From a virus (taxonomy: Duplodnaviria > Caudoviricetes): a stretch of DNA of 64,000 nt. This document shows, in pieces, positions 38,515-48,634 of the stretch. The stretch spans positions 13,220 through 77,219 of IMG/VR virus record IMGVR_UViG_3300032219_001391; one strand, written 5' to 3'. Under the pieces are notes generated by a model. That model did not search any database. It saw only the letters and a list, made by a program, of their open reading frames with translations, and was not told where the DNA came from. The position numbers were made by a program, and so were the translations under genes. The first letter of the stretch is position 1. Each line of letters opens with the position of its first letter.

Positions 38515-40075
38515 AATGGATAATATACAATTAATAATACCAATGTCGGGAGTTGGTAGAAGGTTTATAAACTCAGGTTATTCCGAACCAAAACCTCTAA
38601 TTGAGGTTGACGGTAAAACTATGATAGAACACGTTTTAAATTTGTTTCCAGGTGTTAATGACATTACATTTATATGTAATAAAAAACATTTAGAAACGAC
38701 AAATATGAGACAAGTTTTACTAACTTTGAGACCTGATTCTAAGATTGTTGAGGTTGGTAATGATTTAAAAAAAGGACCTGTTTATGCAATATCTGAAAGT
38801 TTTGATTTTATTGACGATAAAAAAGAGATAATAATCAGTTATTGTGATTATAGTAGTGTTTGGAATTTTGATGAATTTTTAAAAATTAGAGAAAAGTATG
38901 ATGGTATTATACCTTGTTATACCGGATTTCATCCTCACATGTTAGGAACTGATAATTATGCATTCTGTAAGGTAGTTGATGGTTATGTATCTGAAGTTAA
39001 AGAAAAAGAACCTTTTACCGATAACAAAATGAATGAATATGCATCAAATGGTACTTATTATTTTAAATCAGGAGAAGTTGTTAAAAAATACTTTAAAGAG
39101 ATAATATCCTTAGATATTAATGTTAATGGAGAATATTATGTAAGTTTAGTATATAATCTATTAATTAGGGATGGTTCAAAGGTTGGTATTTTTGAAATAG
39201 ATAAGATGTTACAATGGGGAACACCTTACGATTTGGAAATTTATAAAGGGTGGTCATCTTATTTCAATAAACTGAAAGTGTGGAACCCTTCGTCAAAATG
39301 TCCAAAAAACACAACTCTTATATTACCTATGGCGGGTAAAGGGAGTAGATTTTCTAACGTGGGTTATGATGTCCCAAAACCATTATTACCAATAAATAAT
39401 AACCTTATGATCATTGAAGCAGTAAATTGTTTACCGAAAACAGACAAAAAAACTTTTATGTGTTTAAATGATCATATATTGAAATATTCAATAGATAATA
39501 CATTACTGACTAATTTTGAAAACAGTAATGTTGTGAAAATTACTAAAACTACAGAAGGACAGGCTTGTACTTGTGAGATAGGTATTATTGAAAGTGAAAT
39601 TAATGAAGATTATCCGATACTGATATCTGCCAGCGACAATGGAATATTATATGATAATCAAGAAATTCAAAGATTGTTAGACGATGAAAACATAGATGTT
39701 ATTGTTTGGTCCTTTAGAAATAATCAATCAAGTAAATTACAACCAAACTCTTATGCGTGGTTAAGTGTTGATAATGAAAATAATATACTTAATGTTTCTT
39801 GTAAAAAATTCATACATGACGATCCATTAAAAACACACGCAATTGTTGGTACTATGTTTTTTAGAAAAACCAAATATTTTATTGACGGATTAAGAAAAAA
39901 TTATGAAGAAAATATACGAACAAATAATGAATTTTATGTTGATGATGTTATAAATCAAAATATAAAAAATGGATTAGTTGTTAAAGTATTTGAAGTTGAG
40001 AATTACATTTGTTGGGGAACCCCTAATGATTATTTAACTTATAACTATTGGTATGAATATTTTAACATACAATAA
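38504..40075 (+). CDS. tandem (two-domain) sugar-phosphate nucleotidyltransferase
   Basis: IIPMSGVGRRF...PKPL...WGTP and ILPMAGKGSRF...PKPL...WGTP repeated within one ORF. Confidence 0.85.
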   Translation: MFYKMDNIQLIIPMSGVGRRFINSGYSEPKPLIEVDGKTMIEHVLNLFPGVNDITFICNKKHLETTNMRQVLLTLRPDSKIVEVGNDLKKGPVYAISESFDFIDDKKEIIISYCDYSSVWNFDEFLKIREKYDGIIPCYTGFHPHMLGTDNYAFCKVVDGYVSEVKEKEPFTDNKMNEYASNGTYYFKSGEVVKKYFKEIISLDINVNGEYYVSLVYNLLIRDGSKVGIFEIDKMLQWGTPYDLEIYKGWSSYFNKLKVWNPSSKCPKNTTLILPMAGKGSRFSNVGYDVPKPLLPINNNLMIIEAVNCLPKTDKKTFMCLNDHILKYSIDNTLLTNFENSNVVKITKTTEGQACTCEIGIIESEINEDYPILISASDNGILYDNQEIQRLLDDENIDVIVWSFRNNQSSKLQPNSYAWLSVDNENNILNVSCKKFIHDDPLKTHAIVGTMFFRKTKYFIDGLRKNYEENIRTNNEFYVDDVINQNIKNGLVVKVFEVENYICWGTPNDYLTYNYWYEYFNIQ

Positions 40076-40079
40076 AAAA

Positions 40080-41048
40080 ATGAAGAGATCACTTATAACA
40101 GGAATTAATGGTCAAGATGGGTCTTATCTTGCCGAATTTTTACTAAACAAAGGGTATGATGTACACGGAACATTAAAAAGAAATTCAGTGTCAGAAAATC
40201 AAACATCTCGATTAGAAAGTATATACGAGAAAATTACCTTACATTATGCAGATTTAACCGATATGTCATCACTGATTTCGGTTATACAAAAAGTAATGCC
40301 AGATGAAATATATAACTTAGCCGCTCAATCACACGTTAGAATATCATTTGACCAACCATTATACACCGCAAATGTAACAGGTATTGGTACTTTGAATTTA
40401 TTAGAGGCGGTTAAACTTATAAAACCGGACACTAAAATATACCAAGCATCATCATCAGAAATGTTTGGTAACTCGATAGATTCGGACGGATTCCAAAGAG
40501 AAACGACACCAATGAACCCTGTATCACCATATGGTTGTGCTAAAGTATTTAGCTATAATATTTGTCGTAATTATAGAAATTCTTATGGAATGTTCATCTC
40601 AAATGGGATCTTGTTTAATCACGAATCACCAAGACGAGGAACTAACTTTGTGACAAATAAGGTATGTAAAGAAGCCGTTAAAATTAAATTGGGTTTGTCT
40701 AATGAATTAAAACTTGGTAATCTCGATGCTACCAGAGATTGGGGACATGCTAAAGACTATATTAAAGCTATGTGGGAAATACTACAATTAGAACAACCCG
40801 ATGATTTTGTTTGTTCAACAGGAATTTCACATTCAGTTAGAGAACTTTGTCAATATGTTTTTTCTAAGTTAGACTTAAATTGGTCTGATTATGTAAAACA
40901 AGATGAAAAATTTTTAAGACCTGAAGAATTGAATGACCTAAAAGGTGATTCGTCTAAATTAAAAAACGCAACAGGTTGGGTTCCTGACTATACTTTTGAG
41001 AGTATGTTAGATGAAATGATACAATATTGGTTAGAATATTATGGATAA
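40080..41048 (+). CDS. gmd: GDP-mannose 4,6-dehydratase
   Basis: LITGINGQDGSYLAE, YNLAAQSHV..SF, YQASSSE, SPYGCAK, LFNHESPRRG.NFVT; ATG 40080 preferred. Confidence 0.95.
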   Translation: MKRSLITGINGQDGSYLAEFLLNKGYDVHGTLKRNSVSENQTSRLESIYEKITLHYADLTDMSSLISVIQKVMPDEIYNLAAQSHVRISFDQPLYTANVTGIGTLNLLEAVKLIKPDTKIYQASSSEMFGNSIDSDGFQRETTPMNPVSPYGCAKVFSYNICRNYRNSYGMFISNGILFNHESPRRGTNFVTNKVCKEAVKIKLGLSNELKLGNLDATRDWGHAKDYIKAMWEILQLEQPDDFVCSTGISHSVRELCQYVFSKLDLNWSDYVKQDEKFLRPEELNDLKGDSSKLKNATGWVPDYTFESMLDEMIQYWLEYYG

Positions 41049-41946
41049 TAAAAAATTGTTAATTACCGGAAAAGGTCTTATTGGTTCTGAATTTGTGAAT
41101 GAACAAAAAATAGGATCTGAATATGATTTAAGAAACAAAACCGTTTCCGATTTAATTATTAGTCATTATAATCCTGATTATGTTATACACACAGCAGGTA
41201 AGGTAGGTGGTTTAGGTGCTAATATGAATATGTTAGGTGAGTTCTTCTATGACAATATTATGATGAATACTAATATAATTGAAAGTTGTAGAAAATATAA
41301 TGTAAAAAGACTGATATGTTTTTTATCAACGTGTGTATTCCCTGACAATGTTGAATATCCCCTAACCGAAGATAAAATCCAATTAGGACCTCCTCACCCA
41401 TCTAATTTTGGTTATGCTTATGCTAAAAGAATGGCACAGGTTCAAATTGATGCCTATAATAAACAATATGGGACAAAATACTTTTCGGTTATACCTTGTA
41501 ACGTATATGGACCCAACGATAACTATAATTTGGAAAATGGTCACGTAATCCCTTCCTTGATCCACAAAACATATTTAGCTAAGAAAAACAATACTGATTT
41601 AGTAATATGGGGTTCAGGTAACCCATTAAGAGAATTTATATATTCTAAGGACATTGCGAAAATTTGTATGATCCTGATTGAAAAATATAATGATACTGAA
41701 CCGATTATTTTATCTACATCACAAGAAATAACAATACGTGATGTAGTTGAAATGATTGTTGAAATAATTGGATTTGAAGGTAATGTGATATACGATACTT
41801 CCAAACCTGATGGACAATATAGAAAACCATCCGACAACTCAAAACTTTTATCTATCATTGGTGATTTTGAATTCACACCATTAAGAACTGGTCTTGAAGA
41901 GACTATTGAGTTTTTTGTAAAAAACTATAATATTTTAAGAAAATAA
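41041..41946 (+). CDS. fcl: GDP-L-fucose synthase
   Basis: AGKVGGLGAN, STCVFP, YAYAKR, PCNVYGPNDN, HVIP.L, WGSG.P.REF. Confidence 0.95.
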   Translation: MDNKKLLITGKGLIGSEFVNEQKIGSEYDLRNKTVSDLIISHYNPDYVIHTAGKVGGLGANMNMLGEFFYDNIMMNTNIIESCRKYNVKRLICFLSTCVFPDNVEYPLTEDKIQLGPPHPSNFGYAYAKRMAQVQIDAYNKQYGTKYFSVIPCNVYGPNDNYNLENGHVIPSLIHKTYLAKKNNTDLVIWGSGNPLREFIYSKDIAKICMILIEKYNDTEPIILSTSQEITIRDVVEMIVEIIGFEGNVIYDTSKPDGQYRKPSDNSKLLSIIGDFEFTPLRTGLEETIEFFVKNYNILRK

Positions 41947-41950
41947 TTAA

Positions 41951-42670
41951 ATGACTAGACGTAAATCAAACTTGTCTTTAGAAGAGTCAAAACCTTTATC
42001 TAAAAAAGACATCATTAACAAAATTGTTACAAAAAAATCAAAAGATAAGTTTTTAACTGACAATCAAAAAAAATATTACGATACTTTATCTAATAACCAA
42101 ATAACGATTTGTTCAGGTCCTGCGGGTGTTGGTAAATCATACATCGCGATGAAAGCGGCTGTTGATTTATTGGTTGATTATAACACACCATATGAAAAAA
42201 TTATTATTGTTAGACCAGCAGTTGAAGCTGAGGAAAAATTGGGAGCACTTCCGGGTAACCTTGAAGAAAAATTGGATCCTTACATCTTTCCATCATATTA
42301 CTTATTAAGTAAAATTATTGGTAAAGACGCTAAAGAAAAATTAGTAGAGAATGAGGTTGTTGAGGTATTCGCTTTAGCATATATGAGAGGGATGAATATT
42401 GACAACTCAATCTTGATCTTTGAGGAAGGTCAAAACGCGACCCCTAAACAGATGAAACTACTAATGACACGTATTGGGTCTAATAGTAAGTTTTTCATCT
42501 CAGGTGACTTAGAACAGACCGACAGGTATAAAGAAAAAACACAATCGGGATTGTACGACGCTCTTCGGAGATTTAATGATATTAACGATATTGGTATCTT
42601 TGAATTTTCAAATGAAGATGTTGTTAGAAATCCACTTATTTCTAAAATATTAAAAAAATACGAAGAATGA
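41951..42670 (+). CDS. phoH: PhoH-family ATPase
   Basis: GPAGVGKS, RPAVEAEEKLGALPG, YMRG, EEGQN, GDLEQTD. Confidence 0.93.
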   Translation: MTRRKSNLSLEESKPLSKKDIINKIVTKKSKDKFLTDNQKKYYDTLSNNQITICSGPAGVGKSYIAMKAAVDLLVDYNTPYEKIIIVRPAVEAEEKLGALPGNLEEKLDPYIFPSYYLLSKIIGKDAKEKLVENEVVEVFALAYMRGMNIDNSILIFEEGQNATPKQMKLLMTRIGSNSKFFISGDLEQTDRYKEKTQSGLYDALRRFNDINDIGIFEFSNEDVVRNPLISKILKKYEE

Positions 42671-43263
42671 GGATTGGTATTGATGTGAATGGTGTACTTA
42701 GAGACACAATTGGTAAGTTTAAACAAACTTATGAGAAGTTCTTAATAGAAAAATCTGAAATTTTTGAAAACGATGAGTTTGAATATAAAATTACAGAACC
42801 TATTGATACCTTAAATTTAATGGATCATTTTACTTTTAAGGATGAAGAAGAATATTTGTCTTTTATGTACGATGAATTTCCTATGCAGATTTTTGGTCAT
42901 GCAGGATCTACCGAACTATCAACATTCCATGATTTACAAGATTTTTATTTAGGGAATAGAGACAAACACGAAATAACTATTTTTTCACAAGAAAAAGGTA
43001 AAACCAAACCGGCAACATTGTTTTTTTTGTCAAAATTTGGTTGTGAGGTTGAATCCGTTAAATTCTATAATCAATCAACGATTGATAAATTATGGGAAGA
43101 TTATGATTTAATTTTAACAAGTGATCCCGAATTACTTTCAAAAGTTACAATTTTTACTATATTGATAAAATACAATACAGAGTACAATAAAAATAGTAAG
43201 ATTACTTGGAACGTAGACACGTTCAAAGAATTTAACGAACTAATTAAAAAAGAAATAAAATGA
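42667..43263 (+). CDS. HAD-family 5'(3')-deoxyribonucleotidase-like protein
   Basis: IGIDVNGVLRD (atypical DxN), KPAT..FL, YN... Confidence 0.6.
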   Translation: MRIGIDVNGVLRDTIGKFKQTYEKFLIEKSEIFENDEFEYKITEPIDTLNLMDHFTFKDEEEYLSFMYDEFPMQIFGHAGSTELSTFHDLQDFYLGNRDKHEITIFSQEKGKTKPATLFFLSKFGCEVESVKFYNQSTIDKLWEDYDLILTSDPELLSKVTIFTILIKYNTEYNKNSKITWNVDTFKEFNELIKKEIK

Positions 43264-43535
43264 TTGAAGTATTCGGAGAACATTATTTCATCGACATTGA
43301 TAAGATGGAACAATTCATTAACATACCAAAAACAGAACCTGTTAGTGGTGACACAAATGAACAACATATCAGTGTTGTTAAATACGAAGTGGTTAAAACT
43401 ATGATTGATGTAATCATGGGAGAAAACGAAGAGTTTGATGATAACTTGGGTCTTAAAAGTGCGAAAGGGGCTTCACTACCTTTCAAAATAGCTTTCAATA
43501 CAATGCTTAAACATAAATTAATTGAACACTTATAA
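43260..43535 (+). CDS. hypothetical protein
   Basis: 91 aa coupled ORF. Confidence 0.65.
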   Translation: MIEVFGEHYFIDIDKMEQFINIPKTEPVSGDTNEQHISVVKYEVVKTMIDVIMGENEEFDDNLGLKSAKGASLPFKIAFNTMLKHKLIEHL

Positions 43536-43536
43536 T

Positions 43537-44589
43537 ATGGATCAAAACTTAAAAGTTAAGTTGGAGACCTCGATCTCTAATATGGAGAATAAATCATCCA
43601 AGATTTATTTCTTTGTACAAGACACAATGGGAAATGCCAAAGCCTCAATTAGACACATTTACAAAATGGCTATGGTTCTCAAAAAAGAAGGATATAATCC
43701 TATAATGCTACACGAAAAACCTGACTACACCGGTATTGGTGGATGGTTAGGTGTTGAATATGCTGAGTTACCTCACCAATCTATTGAGGGTACTCAACTT
43801 ATGGTTGCCCCTGAAGACTTTTTAATCATTCCTGAAATCTTTGGATTTGTTATGGAACAAGTTAAAGATTTACCTTGTGGTAAAGTGGTACTATGTCAAG
43901 CATATGACCACATGTTAGAAACATTGGCACCAGGTATTGGTTGGTCACAATATGGTTTTTATAAATGTATTACAACTTGTGAAACACAGAGACAACAGAT
44001 TGATAAAATCATGAAAGGGGTTTCAATTGATATTATTGAACCAACAATATCAAGTTGTTTTGAAAAACAAAAATATCCACCAAAACCTATTATTGCTGTA
44101 CATGCAAGAGAACAAAGAGATGGTTTGAATTTAATTAAACAATTCTATTTGAGATTCCCACAATACAGATGGTTTACATTTAGAGATTTGAGAGGTATGT
44201 CTGAAGAAGAATTCTCAAATTCATTAAAAGATTGTTTTGTATCGGTATGGATTGATCCTACCAGTGGTTGGGGATCGTTTCCTTTGGAATCTATGAGATC
44301 AGGAGTTCCTGTTATCGGTAAAACACCTAATTTGGTTCCTGATTGGATGAATGAAAAAAATGGTATTTGGGTAGAAAATCAAAATCATATTATTGATGTA
44401 TTAGCCGATTTTTGTCAAAACTGGCTTGAGGATAATATTTTAGAAGAACTATATACGAATATGGAAGAAACGTCAAACAAATATATTGACGAAAATAAAT
44501 TTGAGACTTTAGTTGTTTCCAGTTTTGAAGGTTACTTAAATACTAGAAAACAATCTTTTGTTGATCAACTTCAAAAAATTAGTGAATAA
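43537..44589 (+). CDS. GT-B (GT4-like) glycosyltransferase
   Basis: LIIPE, WIDPTSGWGSFPLESMRSGVPVIG; ATG 43537 preferred. Confidence 0.75.
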   Translation: MDQNLKVKLETSISNMENKSSKIYFFVQDTMGNAKASIRHIYKMAMVLKKEGYNPIMLHEKPDYTGIGGWLGVEYAELPHQSIEGTQLMVAPEDFLIIPEIFGFVMEQVKDLPCGKVVLCQAYDHMLETLAPGIGWSQYGFYKCITTCETQRQQIDKIMKGVSIDIIEPTISSCFEKQKYPPKPIIAVHAREQRDGLNLIKQFYLRFPQYRWFTFRDLRGMSEEEFSNSLKDCFVSVWIDPTSGWGSFPLESMRSGVPVIGKTPNLVPDWMNEKNGIWVENQNHIIDVLADFCQNWLEDNILEELYTNMEETSNKYIDENKFETLVVSSFEGYLNTRKQSFVDQLQKISE

Positions 44590-45395
44590 TGAATAAATTT
44601 AATGTATCGGTAGTATTACCCATCAAGTCTTCAGTGGTTAAAGATTTTGATGTTTATTTTGAAAAAGCAATCACATCATTAAAAACCCAAATTGTAGGGA
44701 TCAATGAATTAGTTATCGTTCATACAAATGAGACACAATTACTAGAAAAATTAGAGTCGTTTGACTTTGGTGATCTTAATGTTGTAAAAGTTTTATTTGA
44801 AGGTACACCATCATTTCAAGCACAAGTGAACCTTGGTATTGAAAAATCAACAGGTGATTGGGTTTCCATTTTTGAATTTGATGATGAATATTCATCAATT
44901 TGGTTTAAGAATGTTAAGAAGTATGTTGATGCATATGGTGATGAAGTTGACGCTTATTTACCTATTGTTGTTGATGTTGATAACAAGGGAGTATTTGCAG
45001 GATTTACAAATGAGGCAACATTTGCGGCGGCATTTGCAATGGAAGTTGGATACTTAACAAATGATATGTTACACGACTATCAAAATTTCCAATCATCAGG
45101 TATGGTTGTAAGAAGAGAAAGATTGATGGAATGTGGATTATTCAAAGAGAGTTTCAAATTAACCTTTGTATATGAACTCTTATTAAGATTAACATACAAC
45201 TCGTTAAAAATTATGACGATCCCAAAGATCGGATACAAACACCAAAATATGAGAGAAGGATCTATCTTTTGGAACTATAAGTTTGGTGACGATCGTGTTA
45301 CCGATGAAGAAGTTCAGTTTTGGTTGTCGGCAGCAAAAAAAGAGTATTTCTTCAAGAATGATAGAAATCTAAAATTCGAACCCAAAAACGCTTAA
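44589..45395 (+). CDS. GT2-like glycosyltransferase
   Basis: VSVVLP, VNLGIE, SIFEFDD, YELLLRL. Confidence 0.75.
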   Translation: MNKFNVSVVLPIKSSVVKDFDVYFEKAITSLKTQIVGINELVIVHTNETQLLEKLESFDFGDLNVVKVLFEGTPSFQAQVNLGIEKSTGDWVSIFEFDDEYSSIWFKNVKKYVDAYGDEVDAYLPIVVDVDNKGVFAGFTNEATFAAAFAMEVGYLTNDMLHDYQNFQSSGMVVRRERLMECGLFKESFKLTFVYELLLRLTYNSLKIMTIPKIGYKHQNMREGSIFWNYKFGDDRVTDEEVQFWLSAAKKEYFFKNDRNLKFEPKNA

Positions 45396-46138
45396 TGTTA
45401 TCAGGTGAATCAATTACCAATGATTTACAACTCACAAGAAGGGGACGAAAAACAGTAAAAGATAATTATTTTGATGTTAGAGAAGAGGTTGCGGTTAGGA
45501 TGTACTTAACCGCAACTACTTTTGATGAGAAAAACAAAATCTATAATAATTTCTTACGAGAACCCTTAGATAAGATGATATCTTCAATCATTAGAAGATA
45601 TAAGTTGTATCGTAAAGATATGGACTTCTCAGAAATCCATATAGATACTCATTCATTTTTGATGACAAAAATTGATAAATTTTCACCATCAAAAGAAAAA
45701 AAGGCATATTCTTATTTTGGAACAATTTGTAAGAATTATTTGATGGGTCAAATAATTAAAGACCAAAAAGATACGAATAGAAAAATTTCTTACGAAGATA
45801 TATCATCCAATTTAGAAAATAGACCTGATATGGTTTATTATATTGAAAATGAACAAATTGAAGCGGAAGAAATAATTCAAAAATTCAAAGACGATCTCAA
45901 AAAATTTATTGATGTTGAGGAGATGACAATCAATGAGAGAAAATTGGGAATTGCGTTAATTGATATATTTGAGAATTATGATCAGATAATATCCGGTAAT
46001 GAAACTAACAAATTTAATAAAAATGTTATATTGATGACATTAAGGGAAAATACTAATTTAAGTACCAAAGAAATACGGTCATCAATTAAAAAGTACAAAA
46101 AGTTATATACCGTATTATTAAATAAAATGTTGCAATAA
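45395..46138 (+). CDS. phage sigma factor (T4 gp55-like, late transcription)
   Basis: FSPSKEKKAYSYFGTICKNYL resembles sigma region 2 of gp55 (NPFAYFTQI); C-terminal HTH-like region. Confidence 0.7.
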   Translation: MLSGESITNDLQLTRRGRKTVKDNYFDVREEVAVRMYLTATTFDEKNKIYNNFLREPLDKMISSIIRRYKLYRKDMDFSEIHIDTHSFLMTKIDKFSPSKEKKAYSYFGTICKNYLMGQIIKDQKDTNRKISYEDISSNLENRPDMVYYIENEQIEAEEIIQKFKDDLKKFIDVEEMTINERKLGIALIDIFENYDQIISGNETNKFNKNVILMTLRENTNLSTKEIRSSIKKYKKLYTVLLNKMLQ

Positions 46139-46139
46139 A

Positions 46140-46146
46140 TATTTAT
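46140..46146 (+). promoter_or_regulatory. putative late promoter TATTTAT
   Basis: 4 nt before ATG 46151. Confidence 0.6.
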
Positions 46147-46150
46147 TGAT

Positions 46151-46519
46151 ATGGCAAAAGGTAAAAAAGAAATCAATTTAACAAAAGATTCTGTGTTAGC
46201 TCTTTTACAAGAGGTTTATAATGAACTTGTTGAACAGAGAAATACCGCAATTAGAATGCAAAATAAATTGATCGGTATGATGAAAACAGCTGAAGATATG
46301 ACGGTACTTGGTCCAGTAATTGAAAAACAACAAAAGATCATTAACGATTGTGTTGATAAAAAATTACAATTGGGAAAACTACAATCCGGTCTTTGGGAAA
46401 AAACTCAAAACACATCTGATAATTTTACTTTGACTGAAATGGATGATGATCTATTACAAAGTTTAATCATGAAAGATGTTGAAAAAGGGAGTAACGATTC
46501 TGTAAAATATAATTTATAA
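46151..46519 (+). CDS. hypothetical coiled-coil protein
   Basis: 122 aa helical ORF. Confidence 0.7.
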   Translation: MAKGKKEINLTKDSVLALLQEVYNELVEQRNTAIRMQNKLIGMMKTAEDMTVLGPVIEKQQKIINDCVDKKLQLGKLQSGLWEKTQNTSDNFTLTEMDDDLLQSLIMKDVEKGSNDSVKYNL

Positions 46520-46520
46520 A

Positions 46521-48440
46521 ATGGCGGTAACTTTAGATACTTCACAGGCTTACAGAGAAATCTCTGAAGAATTAGCATCCATTCAATCGTTCAAATCGGT
46601 TCAGGATGCTAATGATCTATTGAAAAAGAAAACAGGTGATAAATTAGAACAAAATAAAAATAACTTAGTCACCGAATACAAGAAGGTTAAGGAAGCTCCC
46701 AAAAAGTTTCAACAACAAGTAAAAACACAATTGGATCATTTGGTTGATCTTTTGAAACAAACAAAACCAGGATCAAGTGAAACTACGAAATACATTAAGA
46801 AAACTTTATTCAAAACAGCAGTAAAAGTTAAACCTGAAATTAAACAAATAATTTTAGATGAATATAGTAAAGTTTTAGGTTGTTCACAAAATCAAGAATA
46901 TGTACCACAACCTATTTGGATCCCTGTAAGTTCTATTGACCTATTTCAAATGTTAAAATCTGAACCGAGTTCAAATTATGGTAAAATTACTTTTGAAACT
47001 TCAGATTTATCCACAAGTAGTTTTCCATATCCGATGAATAAACAACTTTATAATCGAACACAAAACTTAGGTAATTCGTTTGAACAAGAATATGATCAAT
47101 TTTATAAAGGTGCTTCGGGACAAGATTTATTTAATATTGAATATACTAACACCAATCAAAGTGGTTTTACTGGTGGTGATTATTTTAAGGTGACATTATT
47201 ATCAAGACAAATTGGTATAAATTCAATTGAAGAATTCATTGTTGATTATTTTGAATCAATACAATTATTTGAAAATCAAAACTTTTTCAAGAATTTAATG
47301 GAGACTATTGTTGGGTCATTAAAAGTTCAGTTACCAACAAAAACGATTGAGGTTGATCAAAAATTTCAAAAACTCATACAACGAGTATTGGGAATGTGTT
47401 TTGATAATGCAACTGAGATTGATGTAACGGGTACCGCTAAGATTTCAGAATCTGATGGTATTGATGATTCTTTTTTTGAAATGACATCAATAGATCTTAG
47501 ACAAATTGATGAATCAATTTCGTTAATTCAAAGAGGTGTTGTTAAGTTTGAAGATTGTGACAATGTTGAATTACCTGTTGATAAAGATTCATTGATACAA
47601 AAGATCACACAATTAACCAATCCTGATGTATCTGATAATGATTCAAAGATTGTTGAAGTTGCTGACGAATTAACAAACACGTTATCAAGTCCTTGGTCTT
47701 TTACTATCCCAACAGGATTAAATCTAACAATAGATACTGATCTTATTAAAAATCTTATTAAAGGTTTAATGACCACAATTTTATCACCAAAAGTATTATT
47801 ACCATTGATGGTTATGTTAAAGGCTATCGGTAATCAAATTGTGGATTCTATTTATGATGCGGTTGAGTTCTCAAGAAAATTAAAAACATTGTTCTTAAAT
47901 GTGGTATCAAAAATAGGTGCAATATTTATAAAGACCTTAACCGATATTTTAATTAAAGATATTAGAAATTTACTATTAGTAGTCCAAAAAGAACTAGCCA
48001 ATAGTAATAAATTAAAACAATACCAAATCTATGTGGCGGCGTTAAACACCGCACTAACTGTGGCTAAGGGGATTAAAGACTACCGAAAATGTAAAAGTAT
48101 TTTGGATGAAATAAAAACGATAATCCAACTTGCCAAATCATTATTACCAACATTTGTTCCAAAATCAATTAGAAGTTTGGCGGCACTTAAATCAGGTTAT
48201 GATTGTACCAGATCGGTTCTTAATCAAATAAAAGAATTACAATTGGTCGGATTTCCTACAGGACCAACACCATCGGGAAAACCAAATATGAAAATACAAA
48301 CAATGATTGCGGCATGTAAGGGAGCTCAAAAAGAAAGAATTGATAATGGAAAGATGGTGGGTATAATACCACCAATTGATATTAGCCAATTATTGGGTGC
48401 CGCAACAGGACCTATAAACATTGATGTACTTGAATCATGA
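46521..48440 (+). CDS. large hypothetical virion/baseplate-region protein
   Basis: 639 aa in a late operon preceding the gp5-like gene. Confidence 0.6.
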   Translation: MAVTLDTSQAYREISEELASIQSFKSVQDANDLLKKKTGDKLEQNKNNLVTEYKKVKEAPKKFQQQVKTQLDHLVDLLKQTKPGSSETTKYIKKTLFKTAVKVKPEIKQIILDEYSKVLGCSQNQEYVPQPIWIPVSSIDLFQMLKSEPSSNYGKITFETSDLSTSSFPYPMNKQLYNRTQNLGNSFEQEYDQFYKGASGQDLFNIEYTNTNQSGFTGGDYFKVTLLSRQIGINSIEEFIVDYFESIQLFENQNFFKNLMETIVGSLKVQLPTKTIEVDQKFQKLIQRVLGMCFDNATEIDVTGTAKISESDGIDDSFFEMTSIDLRQIDESISLIQRGVVKFEDCDNVELPVDKDSLIQKITQLTNPDVSDNDSKIVEVADELTNTLSSPWSFTIPTGLNLTIDTDLIKNLIKGLMTTILSPKVLLPLMVMLKAIGNQIVDSIYDAVEFSRKLKTLFLNVVSKIGAIFIKTLTDILIKDIRNLLLVVQKELANSNKLKQYQIYVAALNTALTVAKGIKDYRKCKSILDEIKTIIQLAKSLLPTFVPKSIRSLAALKSGYDCTRSVLNQIKELQLVGFPTGPTPSGKPNMKIQTMIAACKGAQKERIDNGKMVGIIPPIDISQLLGAATGPINIDVLES

Positions 48441-48634
48441 AAAATTTTGAAGATATTATTGAGAAACTAAAAGATATTGAAAATCTACCAAACAAAGATC
48501 TTACTGATTTAATGGATCATTTGCAAGAAGATTTTACAAAAACTAAACAAGCAATTATTGATTTGACATATCATTTAGATAATGTTGAAATCCTATATAA
48601 TAAGATAAACAAAGAATATGAACGAAGGTTTTGA
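48437..48634 (+). CDS. small coiled-coil hypothetical protein
   Basis: 65 aa, coupled on both sides. Confidence 0.65.
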   Translation: MKNFEDIIEKLKDIENLPNKDLTDLMDHLQEDFTKTKQAIIDLTYHLDNVEILYNKINKEYERRF

